Source: Glaucostegus cemiculus (Eukaryota). Taken from it: a stretch of DNA of 64,000 bases. The position numbers were made by a program, and so were the translations under genes. Of this stretch, positions 25,507 through 37,959 are shown piece by piece (position 1 is the first letter of the stretch; each line of letters begins with the position of its first letter). The stretch covers positions 7,502,001 through 7,566,000 of the forward strand of contig CDPCPM010000026.1 in NCBI GenBank assembly GCA_976551045.1. Direction: 5' to 3'. Below the pieces are notes generated by a model. That model was given only the letters and a program-made list of their open reading frames with translations. It ran no database searches and was not told the DNA's origin.

Positions 25507-27466
25507 GTGAGTAAAATGCACAGTTAAACTAATTGCCGTACCTTTCACAAGTCTTCACATTATTGAAATCAATACATCACTCTCAAATATTTTATACTAT
25601 CCATGCTAATTACATTAAACTTAAGCATTTCATAGTAATCAGAGTACTGACCATTATATGAAGTTGAAAGAAAATAATGTGTCAATTTAACCATCCACTC
25701 TTACTGCAACTTTCATGTTGATTCCTAATGTTTGCATTGAAATACCTGCAAGGTTTTGAGCATGGAAATATGGAGACAGCTTTCACATGACATCACAGCT
25801 CATGCTGATTTTAAGATCATTCATTCTGAAATCATGCTTTGTTACTCGTGATACTTAATGACATGTAGTAAGAAATCAAAGCAAAGGGATGGATATTAGT
25901 TGCATGAATATGTTGCACCCAATACACTTCTAACATAATTTATCAATAAAAATGCCAGAGCCCTTCAAATCATGGGCAGATGAAGTATTTAAAATATTTA
26001 TGCAAGTCATCATACAAGTAGTTTATACTTAACAACTGCAAGTATTTTATACATTGCAGCGAATTGGTATGAACTAATAATAAGGACAAAAAATGTAGTG
26101 TTATTTTCAAGAAAAATCCAATTTTTAGTATTTTATGTTACAAACTGATGGTGAATGTTATTGTGTTCTAGCAAAAGTGGACATGGAGAATTTGGGTTTA
26201 GTTGTTGTTCTTCCTTGCAAAAGAAACAGCAATTTCCAATTATTATAATTAAAAACAGTTAAAGATGTGCATGTTCTAAATCTTCTCTATGTCTGGTTAA
26301 TATTCTACAACAATGATTTGCTTGCTTGGATTGTATGTTTTCTTTTTACAGCTAGGAACAATGAGTTTATGTGGGTTCTGACAATGTTGTACTGGTATTG
26401 TTTATGGTTTATCAGTCAATATATCTGACAACTCAGGTCAAACTCTAAATGAGTACACAAATGAAAATGAATATTTTAGATCGAAAGTAATTTTTGACAA
26501 CTAATGCACAAATGATGTCAGAACTAGTTTTAGCATTAGTTTGAAATACTATCGTGAGTTAATAAAAAACAAACATTGTAAACTAAATAAAATTACCTTT
26601 TTCATTTGTGTGACATGACAAAATATATTACAGGAGATTAACATGTTTTACATCAACAAAATAGAGTTCATATTTTGAAAGAAAAAGCTAATTCATTTGC
26701 CAAAGGAAAGTAGAGATCATTTTTTTTGTCTCTGTGCCCTTGTGTTAACCACTGGGAAATAACAAGCAGTTGTTAGTCTTTTCATTTTATAATTTTGGCA
26801 CATGTAGTTCAAAATTTCTGTATGATTGCTTCAAGTTGCACTAAAAATGCTTGTTTATCAGTAGATGTTTGGAAGTTTTTATATAAACCTAATGAACATC
26901 ATGGATTTAATATAACTGTATACAGAAAGCATGTTTCATATTCTGCCGCGGCAGATGGAAGCAATCTTTGCGACAGTAATGCTGTGGAACCATATTTTTT
27001 AAATCCTCAAATATTAACTCTTCTCAGCCCTTTTTCAGTGTGCCATGCTAGTGAAATTTTATTCATGTAAAATAATTTCTTACCTCATTCTAGGTGTGTC
27101 TGCCCCATTGACAAATTGCCTTTATTTTTTTTTAATTTTCCCCAAGTAAAGCTCAAGGACTTCTTCAAAATTAATGTGTTCTTACAATTACACTTCTAAG
27201 TAATTGCATCATTTCAAAATACATTTTTAACCTCAGTATTTTGCCATTTGAGATATTGTTGGCATTTATATTTTCCTATTGTTTTACACTACATTTTTTC
27301 TTTACTTCTACGTTTTAAATATTTTATAGCTCTGAGAACTTGATTACACATTCCTCAACCAGACAAGCGTTGAGCTAAATGTTGCAGAATTCACCAGTTT
27401 GTCTATTTCCACATTCATTTGGCTTCTGCATTGGTGAAAAATGTGAAACTTACTGGATTCTTTAAT

Positions 27467-27620
27467 ATAGAACATAGAACATAGAACAATACAGCACAAG
27501 ACAAGCCCTTCGGCCCACCAAGTTGTGCCGTCCTTCAAACGTCTCACATTCTTACTCTTTCCTCCCACATATCCTACTATTCCACATTCTTCCATGTGCC
27601 TATCTAACAATCTCTTGAAC
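27467..27620 (-). mobile_element. CR1 (HER1-like) 3' tail
   Basis: (atagaac)3 tail followed by aatacagcac...gcccttcggcccac. Confidence 0.75.
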
Positions 27621-27866
27621 AAAAAAAACTTTTTAAGTTTGTTCATGAAAAAATATTTTGGGCTGGAAATTATTATGCCCTGAAATAGCTACATCAATTT
27701 TTACTGTTTATCACAGTGCTGCTGGGACCAGATTTTAAATTACAGTAGTCCTGAAAATGAATGGAGACACAAGAGCAATCTGGAGCAACACACAGGATCT
27801 ATGGAGGGAAATGGACTGTTGACATTTTGGATCAAGGGTACCTGACCATCAATGTATCCCACTTCT

Positions 27867-29000
27867 GAAATGAAGAGGTGCAGGGAGGCCTTGTACAGCA
27901 AGGATGACAGGAAAGCAGCTTGGCTGAAATGAAGTGTCATTGAAAGGAGGTTAAAGGAGAGATTAGTGCCCCGCTTGAGCCTCTAAAGATCGGAGAACCA
28001 TGTCACAAGATATTCTATTACCTTGCTTGTGTGGTCAAGTTTAGTATTGTGACCCCAACAAGTGCAGCACTCAACACCCTCAGCACTATTGCATATCTCA
28101 TACATTTCACAAATTCAAGCCAGAAAGATATAAAGAGACATGTACTGGATTCTCTCTCTCCCTCTCAAATACACACAAATGCACACATAGAGCTTATTTC
28201 AATACGGCTGCAATTTTGTACAGTACACTGATACTCACTTTTCTTCTGTCTTACTGCAAAGTTTCTTGAGGCAGCTTTCAGTGACAAAAACTGACCAAAT
28301 TGAAGGAACAGATGCTTCAAGTCATGAGAATGGGAACTATGAAGCTCCCAATCCCTGAAGGAGCTGAGGGTATAACAGGTGAATTAGCTATCTTGCTGTC
28401 ATATGCCTTCTTCCACCAGAGCCTGTGCAGATGCATTCGTCTGCTGAGCACTCCTTTTAACAACTCTCTTCCATCATCATGCCATACACTTTTGCCTTTA
28501 TGATTGCAGATTCATGGAAGATCCTGGACGGGAAAATAATAACTTTGAAGAGAGGTAAAAGGACAGTGTCATGCCATTATTCTTGATAACATGGAGGACC
28601 AATTCAGATTCTGGCACCATGAGTACTCACGTGACATGTACTTCACATGGTCTCTGCAGAGTTAGGGAATCTGGTGTTTCAATTCCCCAGCTGGTGAGGT
28701 CACACACTTGTTCTCTTCAAATGGGCTACAGTAGGTCATCATTGATGAGATAGATGTAGATGCACATGGATATCAATGAAACATTCTCAAGCTTATCAGA
28801 AAGTCTGAAAAAGATGTCAAGAAGCATGGGAGAGACATTATCTAACATTTATCATTACTTTCATCAAAGCCAGGAGCCCATTCTACCAGTCAAGAACCAA
28901 TGAGCAGCTGACTTTCAGTGGAGAATGATGTTCCCACAATGAAGCAGCTGACAAAACAAATTTCTGTTCTCAATGAAGCCCAGGCCAAAGCCTATGTGCC
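27867..29000 (+). pseudogene. Harbinger accessory (Myb/SANT-like) gene remnant
   Basis: Fragments EMKRCREALYSKDDRKAAWLK* (27867), LTKLKEQMLQVM and MHMDINETFSSLSESLKKMSRSMGETLSNI (28760), with intron-like spacers; recognised by eye. Confidence 0.5.
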
Positions 29001-30844
29001 TCAGTGCATCTCAGCCCACTTCCGTTACTGCCAACCAGCAGCAGACAGCTGCAATAAGGGAAATCCAGCCATTGGTGAGAAAGTGTTGCCAAGATGTCTG
29101 CATTCTCACTGCTGGCACTCTATTGCCCTCATGTGTTCATATTGCCAGTAGCTTGGACTGCTACCTCTGAAGCAAGGAAGGGGCATTCCCCAGCCAGGCC
29201 ATCTTTGTCCAGATCTGCTTGTGGCTGACCTTTTGGGATGTCTCCTCTTGCACTCATTAGAAGGCAAAGCCTTTTACCACCTCAGTTACAGTCTCAGTGG
29301 GAGCACTGTATAAAAGCAGTCAATACAGCAAGCCAGTTTGGAAACTGTTTCTCAAAGTAAACACAAGGTTGGTTAGTCCCTGTTATCATTACTGAACTTG
29401 GTAGTTTCTGTTGAATTCAGTTATTATATGTTCAATGTCATTAAATGCAGACAGCCTATCTTATAGCCCTTGGCAGACTGTATCCCACAGAATGTGGAGG
29501 GCCTTAGTCTCCTCCCTTAGATTACTGTGACAGCCTTTGATAGCTGTCAAAACTGGGAATGGAATTTTGCTTACTATAAAAGCTGCCACTGATTTTAGTC
29601 ATTTGTAAAAGTCTTAACATGGAGACTCTTTTAACATCTATTAAAATTAAAGTAAATCATTTATGATTTTCAAGAAAATAATGTTAATTAGAAACCTGAA
29701 AACACAAATGATCAAAAATCATCCAGTAAAGTAAAATATTTTTTAAGAAATTACTTCCACTCTGGCTCTTAGATATTTGCCTTGCAGTTCCCTCTGAACT
29801 CAATGCCAGGTTTGACTTGGCAGGAACTGAATGGAGTGGTCCTTGCCTTTGTACTCCATGTGAAGTCCAGCAGCAGAGTAAGTTTATAGGTTTGGTTTTC
29901 CATTTCACAGCACCTTCGTGAAAGTCCAGGAATTACTTAGGTTTAAACAGCTAAATGCCAGCAATTCCAATTGGAAAGGTCAGCTAAAGTCAAAACTGAC
30001 CAGGTGTTTGAATTTCATGTGTCTTCTTGGTATTGGAAGGAACCTTCACATGGCCAGATGCTGTTTATCATTCTGTTTCCTTGTTGACTATGATCAACAC
30101 AGAACCGTTGTTATGGATTGGCTTCTCCATTGAGAGACTCATTATCAAGATGAGAAAGTGATTACCACTGTATTTTCACAATTCCATAGTCAATTGATGA
30201 ATGGGAAATTACTGACTAGCAGTGGTCACGCTCCTCTAAATTGCTCGCAACATGATGTGTAGATGTTGATTGTGGTTTCAGTAAGCAGGTATAGAACATG
30301 TCAACTGTACTTGAAGTATATTCTTCTGGTGAGATGGTGCACTGTCATCACAATATTTTGGCCATTGAAACATAAAGCAGGTAGTGTCCAGATGGGTCAT
30401 CGTTATCCCAGTTATTCTTCCCTGCCTTGGTACAAAGTTGATGTAGTGTGAAAAGAACATACAACTTACAAGCAAGGGGTAACCATCTGACCTTTCAAAC
30501 TTGCACTGCCATTCCTCAAGATTGTGACTGATCTTCTATTTCATTTTTCTACAGTATACTCATCTCCATCAGTCCCCTTAATATCCAAAAATTTGTCCAT
30601 GTCTGTTCTGAGAAAACTCAATGATCCCTCTGAGGTAGAGTATTACAAAGAGTCTCCACCCTCTGAGTGAAGAAATTTCTCCTGAGCATAATCTTAAATG
30701 GCGTAACCTCTGCCTATTGCTTCCCCTCCTCCTGCTCCTGCTGGGGGCCTTCAGTCAAGAACAGAGTCCTCATGATGACTAAATTATGGAGCTTGAAGTA
30801 GATACTTAAGATACACCCATCCATCTTTGTGAAGTATTATAGTC

Positions 30845-31560
30845 TAGGCTCTCACCTTGAAGATCCCAGTGACATTCTCCACTAAACTCCTGGTGGTTCC
30901 ATGGCACTGATGATAGCACATTCTGCTCCTTGTGCAGGAGTCCAGATAGAAGTTAGGAACCAAGGAAGGAAGGAAGGGGCTGCCCTTCTCATCTAAAAGC
31001 CAGCAATTGGCAGCTGAAATAAAACGCCTGAGTATAAATGAGTCATGCAAGCATTCACCATAAGAAATTTCATGTCCTGGTTGTAGCCCAGTTGCACATT
31101 CAGCGAGTGATAGCCCTTGCAATTTGTGTGGACATCCAGCTTCACATAATGAGTTCAAAGTGCTATAAGAATGCAACCCTTGAACGTTCAGAAAGCTCTC
31201 AATCCAGCCAAATCCATGTCTAATCAGATCAATGGTCTCTAATCAAAGAAAAAGAGAGAAACTCCTTTCCTTTGCATGAAAATCATTGATGACCTCCCTG
31301 ATGTAGCAATGAACCATGAACGAACATTGGGCAGCCACTACAGACTTAGATGATTTGGAAACCAAGTTCTGGATGACACTTTACCTCTTCAGTCAGAGCA
31401 GGCCAGGCCTGGGTGTGTGACTGGCTCTCTGCCTGAACAAGTTGACAGATTTCTATCATCACAGCTTTTAAAAACAACTTCTGGATATATTGTTTCCAGG
31501 ACAGCTGGGGTGGGAGCATGGCTGCCTGTATATTCTCAAAGGATAGAGTCTGCAGGCATG
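30845..31560 (-). pseudogene. PIF/Harbinger DDE transposase remnant
   Basis: Ordered fragments IEICQLVQAESQSHTQAWPALTEEVK, HCYIREVIND, GFGWIESFLNVQG, YGECLHDSFILR, WLLDEKGSPF, YHQCHGTTRSLVENVTGIFKVR match the HARBI1-type motifs HDxxIL, LLGDxGYP and R..IE...G.LK.R. Confidence 0.8.
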
Positions 31561-31724
31561 ATCCCTTCCTCTTATCAACATTTGGGATTCCCGGGGGGAA
31601 AGCCTGCAGCCCCACTCCACTTCCTGCGTGTGCAGCACATTCAGCTGGATCGTCACTGAGGTATTCATGGGAAAGTGGAAAAGTAGTTTTAAATTGGCAT
31701 AGTTTTATCCTCTCTCATGGTTTT

Positions 31725-31866
31725 CCTTAAAAAGCATTTCTCTGACCAAGCTTTTTGCCATCCATCCCAACACCTTAAGTGACTTGGTGCTAAATTATGT
31801 TTCTGTGAAGCACCTTAGGATGTCTTAACGTTCTAAAGAGACTATGAAAATGTAATTTGGTATTGC
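31725..31866 (+). mobile_element. L2-type LINE/SINE 3' tail
   Basis: ctgaccaagcttttt...tgtgaagcaccttaggatgt...aaagagactatgaaaatgtaa. Confidence 0.55.
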
Positions 31867-32047
31867 TTTCACCATGTTGTGAGCATGGAAGTGACATAGA
31901 GATATCCCTTGAGAACTTCCAGAGAAGAAGATACTATGATATTCACAGGAAAGATCCAAGTTTTACCAGTTTTCAGCCAAGGCATAGAAAAAAGATGCTA
32001 AATTTATTAGAATAATGTAAACATCTTCAGGAGGAAACCAGCTAGGT

Positions 32048-32542
32048 ATTGGCAAATTGGTTTATTATTGTCACATGTACTGAGGTACAGTGAAAAACTT
32101 GTCTTGCATACCATTCCTACAGATCAATTCAGTACAGCAGTGCATTGAGGTAGTACAAGGTAAAACAATAACAGAATGCAAGATAAAGTGTTACAATTAT
32201 AGAGAAAGAGCAATGCAGGTAGACAATAAGGTGCAAAGTCATACCAAGGTAGGTTGTGACATTAGGAGTCCATCTTATTGTACTAGGGGACCTTTCAATA
32301 GTCTTATAACAGCAGGATAGAAGCTGTCCTTGAGCCTGGTGATACATGCTTTCAGACTTTTGTATCTTCTGCCCAATTGGAGGAGGGAGAAGAGAGAATA
32401 TCTAGGGTGGGTTGGGTCGGGTCTTTGATTATGTTGGCTGCTTTACTGTGGCAGCAAGATGTGTTGACTGAGTCCATGGAGAGGAGGCTGGTTTCCATGA
32501 TGTGCTCAGCTGTGACCACAATTTTCTGCAACTCTCTGTGAA
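32048..32542 (-). mobile_element. Rex1/Babar LINE 3' fragment
   Basis: ORF 32352..32546(-) RELQKIVVTAEHIMETSLLSMDSV...AANIIKDPT parallels the end of ORF 55936..57006; same 3' UTR. Confidence 0.88.
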
Positions 32543-33820
32543 ACATAACCTAACAAAAATTTGTAAATCTCCTCCAGTGTGTCACTGAGTCAAACATGAG
32601 GCTGTACTGCGTGCCATTATGCACATTTTTGATTCTGAGTAACATTAATTTGATGGAATGAATGTGATTCCTAGTGTAGATCCTGTTGTACTAGTTTGAT
32701 AGAACGTGAGGCTGAAGAATGCTATACCTGAAACCTCTGCTTGCTGTCTGCAAGTCTTTAGTGTTTTCTGCTTTGGTTACAAAAGGGAAGGTTTTTGTCA
32801 ATATAATAAGTCTGTTGTAATTGAGAGATCATGAGTCTCAAGTACATGAGAGGTCAGAATCACATTCATTAGAGGGGTTAGATAGCCGATATCATATGGA
32901 AGCATGAACAAATCTTTTTTAGGCAGTCAGCTTAGGCTTCTAGAAGTTTTATCAATTTCAGGAGATCAAATTGAGTTGTCTGTAATTCATTGCCATACTA
33001 ATTACCATACCACTCCACAATTTCCTGCAAGAGTTGTTCGATGAACTCTCTAACTGAAATTGTCAGTTTTGTATCATTTTGTGATGTAACTACCTCCCCA
33101 CAAACACTGGCCAGAAACAGTTCAAATTCACTTCATACAGTATTCAAACATTAAACAGGGAGCGGAGACTTTAATTCAGTAGATGCCGATTGTAAATGGG
33201 AACTTTATACTTAGTAGCTGGGAATATAGTGTTTTAAAAGCAAGAGAGTTTTGTGGTGCTTCTCATTAGTTTACTCAACAGTAGATTTAAGCACATTTTG
33301 AGTCTTTTCATATTCTGCAAGCAAAATCAAAGTTGCTATGATATCTAATAAAAGCATTGAAGTGTGAAAAATGCTCTAGTCACAATGTAAAAAAAATATT
33401 TAAAGAATTTTTCATACAATTGTTCCACAAGTGACCTGTTGATTCTTGATTGATAAATTATTTAGATTTTTGGCAAAATTGATTTGATATTTCTAAAGGA
33501 AAACTGAACCACAAGCAAACTGAAATGAACCAATAAATTTCAACAGTTGTGTCTAGCCTAATTTTATTCTGCATAATTTTCATTTTTATCCAAAAGAAAT
33601 TAAGCAGTTTATTGATTGTTCAATGAGTAAAGAATTATTTATGCCAAAGCCTCAAGAAACAGTGAAATCAAAATTCTATATTTATACTGTTGAAAGGCTA
33701 TCTATTAGTAAGTAGGTCCTGTTCTTGCATTATCCTGGTAGTAATTTTATTCAATATACAATATTACTGTCTCTCATCTGCCGTGCATCCCTTTACTTAC
33801 ATTATCTGTTTTGAATGCAG

Positions 33821-33972
33821 GTGTCAGAGGAGATGTTGAAAAATATGGAACAGTGGAATATTGGTTCCGACTACGTGTAGCCATGGCTCAGGCCATTCGG
33901 CTCTACAAGGAACGAACAAAAGCCTTGGGATATATAACTTCCAGTCATAATGCAATTAGTCAGTCACAACAG
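33821..33972 (+). CDS. RPGRIP1L: RPGRIP1L coding exon (exon 16 equivalent)
   Basis: atgcag|GT GTC AGA...CAA CAG|gtgaa; 152 nt; [40 protein letters not shown]. Confidence 0.96.
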
Positions 33973-35199
33973 GTGAATTTGTCTTTTATTTTGGTGGATT
34001 TAAGTTTGGAAGCTTTTCGAGAAAAAATATTGCTATGTTGGAAAACAAAATCTGTTTGAAATGAATGTGGAGATTTTTAATCCATGTTAAAAGTATGGTA
34101 GAAATGGAACAGATTTATATTACTGTGCAGTATCTGTGTGACAGCAATCCTCAGTAATTATACATAAAGATTTCAACAGACTTTAACTATTCCATGATCA
34201 GACAATTGGCCCTTTGAAACTGTGATTTGGAACCACAGATTTCTGTTTCCATTTCATATTTTATTGTAGCTACATTCTAAATGGAAAATGTTCAGTGTTT
34301 GGTAAATTTCAAAATTAAAGACAGGAGCATATATTGGATAGTTGATTTTATTTTGGCCTTTGATCAAAGTCATCTTCCAGGTTCAAATTCCAAGTCATCT
34401 GTCACAAATCCTTCCTGGTGAATGGCCCAGCAGTATGTGTCTTTTTTGCCTACTACATCACATGAGTCTCAAAAGCTTGCTTGGACAACAGCATGGGAAC
34501 TTGATGTGACAAATTATTTTTCCAGAAAGCTGCCCCAGTAATATGGATGTTGAAACTCAGTTCAGAAACTTGTCCTTTAGAGAACCACGCCACCATTTGT
34601 AGGTCAGTATCAACTAAAAATACTTCTCAGGTCACCTCCAAAATACTGACCAAGCCATTGTTCTGTGTCAACTCATGTAGTTTCCCATATGCATGAGATG
34701 CTCCAGGAACCATGTAGAATCAAGATTCGACACAGGCCAATCCAAATTTTTTTTCTTTTAAGCTGGGCCAATTCCATTTTACATTTATTATTTTAATGTG
34801 ACCAGAGAGTCTAAATACAATACAGATTTAGCATTGGTGAAACCCCAAATATTGGCACAATATTAATTGAAATCAACTTCAACATCAAAATGTTAAAAGA
34901 GGCATATTTCAACACATACATCATTTAAAAAGATAGAAATTAATTTTGATTCAGTCACATATTAATACAAAATTTATTGTGCACTGAATGTTTGATGATT
35001 TGATTTTTGCAGTGATGCAACAGGCAGGCGTGTTTTTGCAGCTGATTCAGGTGACTTTATAGTGGGCTCCATGCTCACAGGAATTGCGCCTTACCAGGCT
35101 CCCATCTCCTTTGAATTTCAATGATCATACATAGCTGACAAGTATAATTAGCTCTGCAATCATTAAAAAGGTCAAATGTTATGGTCACCTAAGGTTGGC

Positions 35200-37742
35200 A
35201 TTGACTGCTAGTTATGGAATGCAGTACTTCAGTATTATGGGAGGCTATACTAGAAAGTTCCTTCAAGGAGGCCACGTGGGTAGAGATTAAGAACGAAAAG
35301 GGTGTTGTCACTTTGCTCAGACTGTGTTGCAGACCTCCTAACAGTGAATAAAAATAGAGGAACAAATATGAAGGCAAATAGCAGAGAGATGTAACAAAAA
35401 TAAGGTTATCGTATTTGGGGATATCAATTTCCCAAGTATTAATTGGGATTGCCTTAGCATTAAAAGGCTCAGAGGAGGCAAAATTTTTGAAACGTTTTCC
35501 AGGAGAGCTTTTTGGCAGAGTATGTAGATAAACCGGAAGGAAGGAACATTACTGGACCTTATCTTAGGGAACATAGCCAGTCACGTGGAGGGAGTGGCAG
35601 TATACTCTAAATATTTCAAAGTGGTATGGAAAAAGATACAGATAGACCAGGAATAAAGCTCTTAAACTGGGGGAAGACAAATTTCATTCAACTATGATAG
35701 GACCTGACAAATGTACTTGCAGACCTCTGCACAGTGGGAAGCAGTCAGAGGAGAAATAACAAGAGTTCAGGGCCAACATGTTCCTTTAAGGGTGAAAATC
35801 AATATAAGGGAACTCTGGATGTTGATGGATATCAAGAATTGGATAAATAGAACATATTGCAGATATAGAGAATTGAAAACAGGGGAGGCCCTTCAAAAAT
35901 ATATGGAGGGAGATGCTTAAAAAGGAAATCAGGAAGACAAAGGGGATCACAAAATATCACAAGCAGACAGGATGAAGGTAAATGCAGAGACATTTTATTG
36001 GTATATTAAAAGTAAAGGAATAACCAGAGAAAGATTAATGGCCCATCAATGACAACAGAGGCAATCTGTGTGTGGAGCCAGAGAATATTAGGTGAAACAG
36101 TGTTGGTGAGGTCCTAAATAAATAGTTTTACTCAGTATTCACAAAGGAAACAGACTTTGCAGTTGGAGAATTCAGTGAAGGGGAAGGGGAAGTTGCAGTG
36201 CAAATCTCCGGAAATAAAGAGAAGGTACTTGTTGCCTCAGTGGGCTTAAACGTGATAAATATCCAAGGCCAGATGAGATTTATCCCAAGCTGCTATGGGA
36301 GGTGAAGGAAGAGATTGCTGGGGCTCTGAAATGTTTACATCTTCATTGGCTATAAGTGAGGTAGCAGATGACTGGAAGATAGCAAATGTGGTCCACATTT
36401 TCAAAAAAGACAGCTGGGAAAACACAGGAAATTACAGACCAGTGAACCTAATATCAGTAAAATGGAAGTTATTGAAAAAAGTTCTGAAGAACAGAATTAA
36501 TAGTCACCTGGAAGAGCAGGGACTACTCAGAGATAGCCAGCATGGCTTTATCAAGGTCTGATCCTGTCTAACCAATCTGACCAAATTTTTTGAAGAGACA
36601 ACAAAGTTATTGATGAGGGCAGTGCAGTAGATATGGTTTACATGAACTTCAGTAAGGCCCTTGACAAGGTCCCACTGGGGAGACTGGTCCAAAAAGTTAG
36701 GGATCATTTAATCTAGGGGATTGGCAATAGGAGGAAGACGGTGATATTGAAGAGTTGTTTTTGTGATTGGATGCCCGTGACTAGTGGCATTCCACACAGA
36801 TCAATGCTGGGATCCTTGCCCTTTCATAATATACAGGAAGGATTTGAATGTGGATGTAGGGGGCATGATCAGTAAGTTTGCAGATGACATGAAGATTGGT
36901 GGAGCTGCCGATAGTGTAGTGGGTGGTCTTAGGCGACATAGTTAAGAAATTGCAGATTGGAGTTTAATGCAGATAACTGAAGTGGTGCATTTTGGGAGTA
37001 CCAATGAGGCTAGGATGGTAGGGTTCTCGGAAGTATTGAGGAACAGAAAGACCTTGATATACAAGTCCAAAGATCCTTGAAGGTGGTAGCACAGGTAGAT
37101 CATATGATTAAGAATGCATGTGGGATGCTGGTCTTCATTAGTTGGGGCATTGAATACAAGAGCAGGGAGGTTTTGCTCCAACTTCATAAAGCATTGATCA
37201 GACCTCAGGTGGAGTATTGCATGCAATTTTGATCACAACACTATAGAAAACATATGAAAGCACTGGAGAGGGTGCAGAGGAGGTTCACCAGGATGTTGTC
37301 TGGGATGGAACATTACAATAATGAGAGACTAGACAGGCTGGGTCTGCTTTCCCTGAAGCAGAGGAGGTTAAAAGAGGATTTGATTAAGGCTTATAAAATT
37401 ATGAGGGATATAGATAGTATAGGCTAAGGGAAAATAATCCCTATATCAGAGGTAGATAAAAGTAGAGGGCATAAATTTAGGGTAAGGGTAAGCAATTTAT
37501 TGGGGATCTGAGGGGGATCTCAGAGACTAGTGAGTACCTGGAATGCACTGCCTGAGAGAGTGGAAAAGCAGAGTCATTGACAGCATTTAAGATGCGTGTA
37601 GACATGTACTTAACTAGCCCAGGCACAGATGGCTTTGACCCAAGTGCTGGAAGGTTCGATTAATATGGATGGATCCACACTGGTTAGCATGGATGTGGAG
37701 GGCTGACTGGCCTGTTTCCATGCTTTATAACTTTGTGTCTCT
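35200..37742 (+). mobile_element. decayed CR1 LINE ORF2 (endonuclease plus RT) with 3' UTR
   Basis: GDINFP, LDLILGN, WKIANVVHIFKK..GNYRPVNL, SQHGF, SKFADDMKIG, ALERVQRRFTRM; many stops and frameshifts. Confidence 0.92.
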
Positions 37743-37920
37743 ACGTTATTTTAATGTTAAAGCATGTTTTCTGGTAACCCCAAACTGACTGCATTTACAC
37801 TGGTCAATTCCTATTCTTCCTGTTGTAAGACTATCACATCGAGGTATTTACGAATGGACCACTGACTCAAGGTGCTTCTTTCTGAAGTTACCTGGAAATG
37901 TAAGTTGTTTAAACCTCAGA

Positions 37921-37959
37921 CAGCAGCAACAGTAGTAATAGTACTAGTAATAGTAGTAG
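37921..37959. repeat. degenerate (CAG/TAG)n trinucleotide repeat
   Basis: cagcagcaacagtagtaatagtactagtaatagtagtag. Confidence 0.7.

Noticed and set aside
30844-31176. Functional domesticated HARBI1-like gene
   Set aside because: Frameshifts, deletions and degraded catalytic motifs
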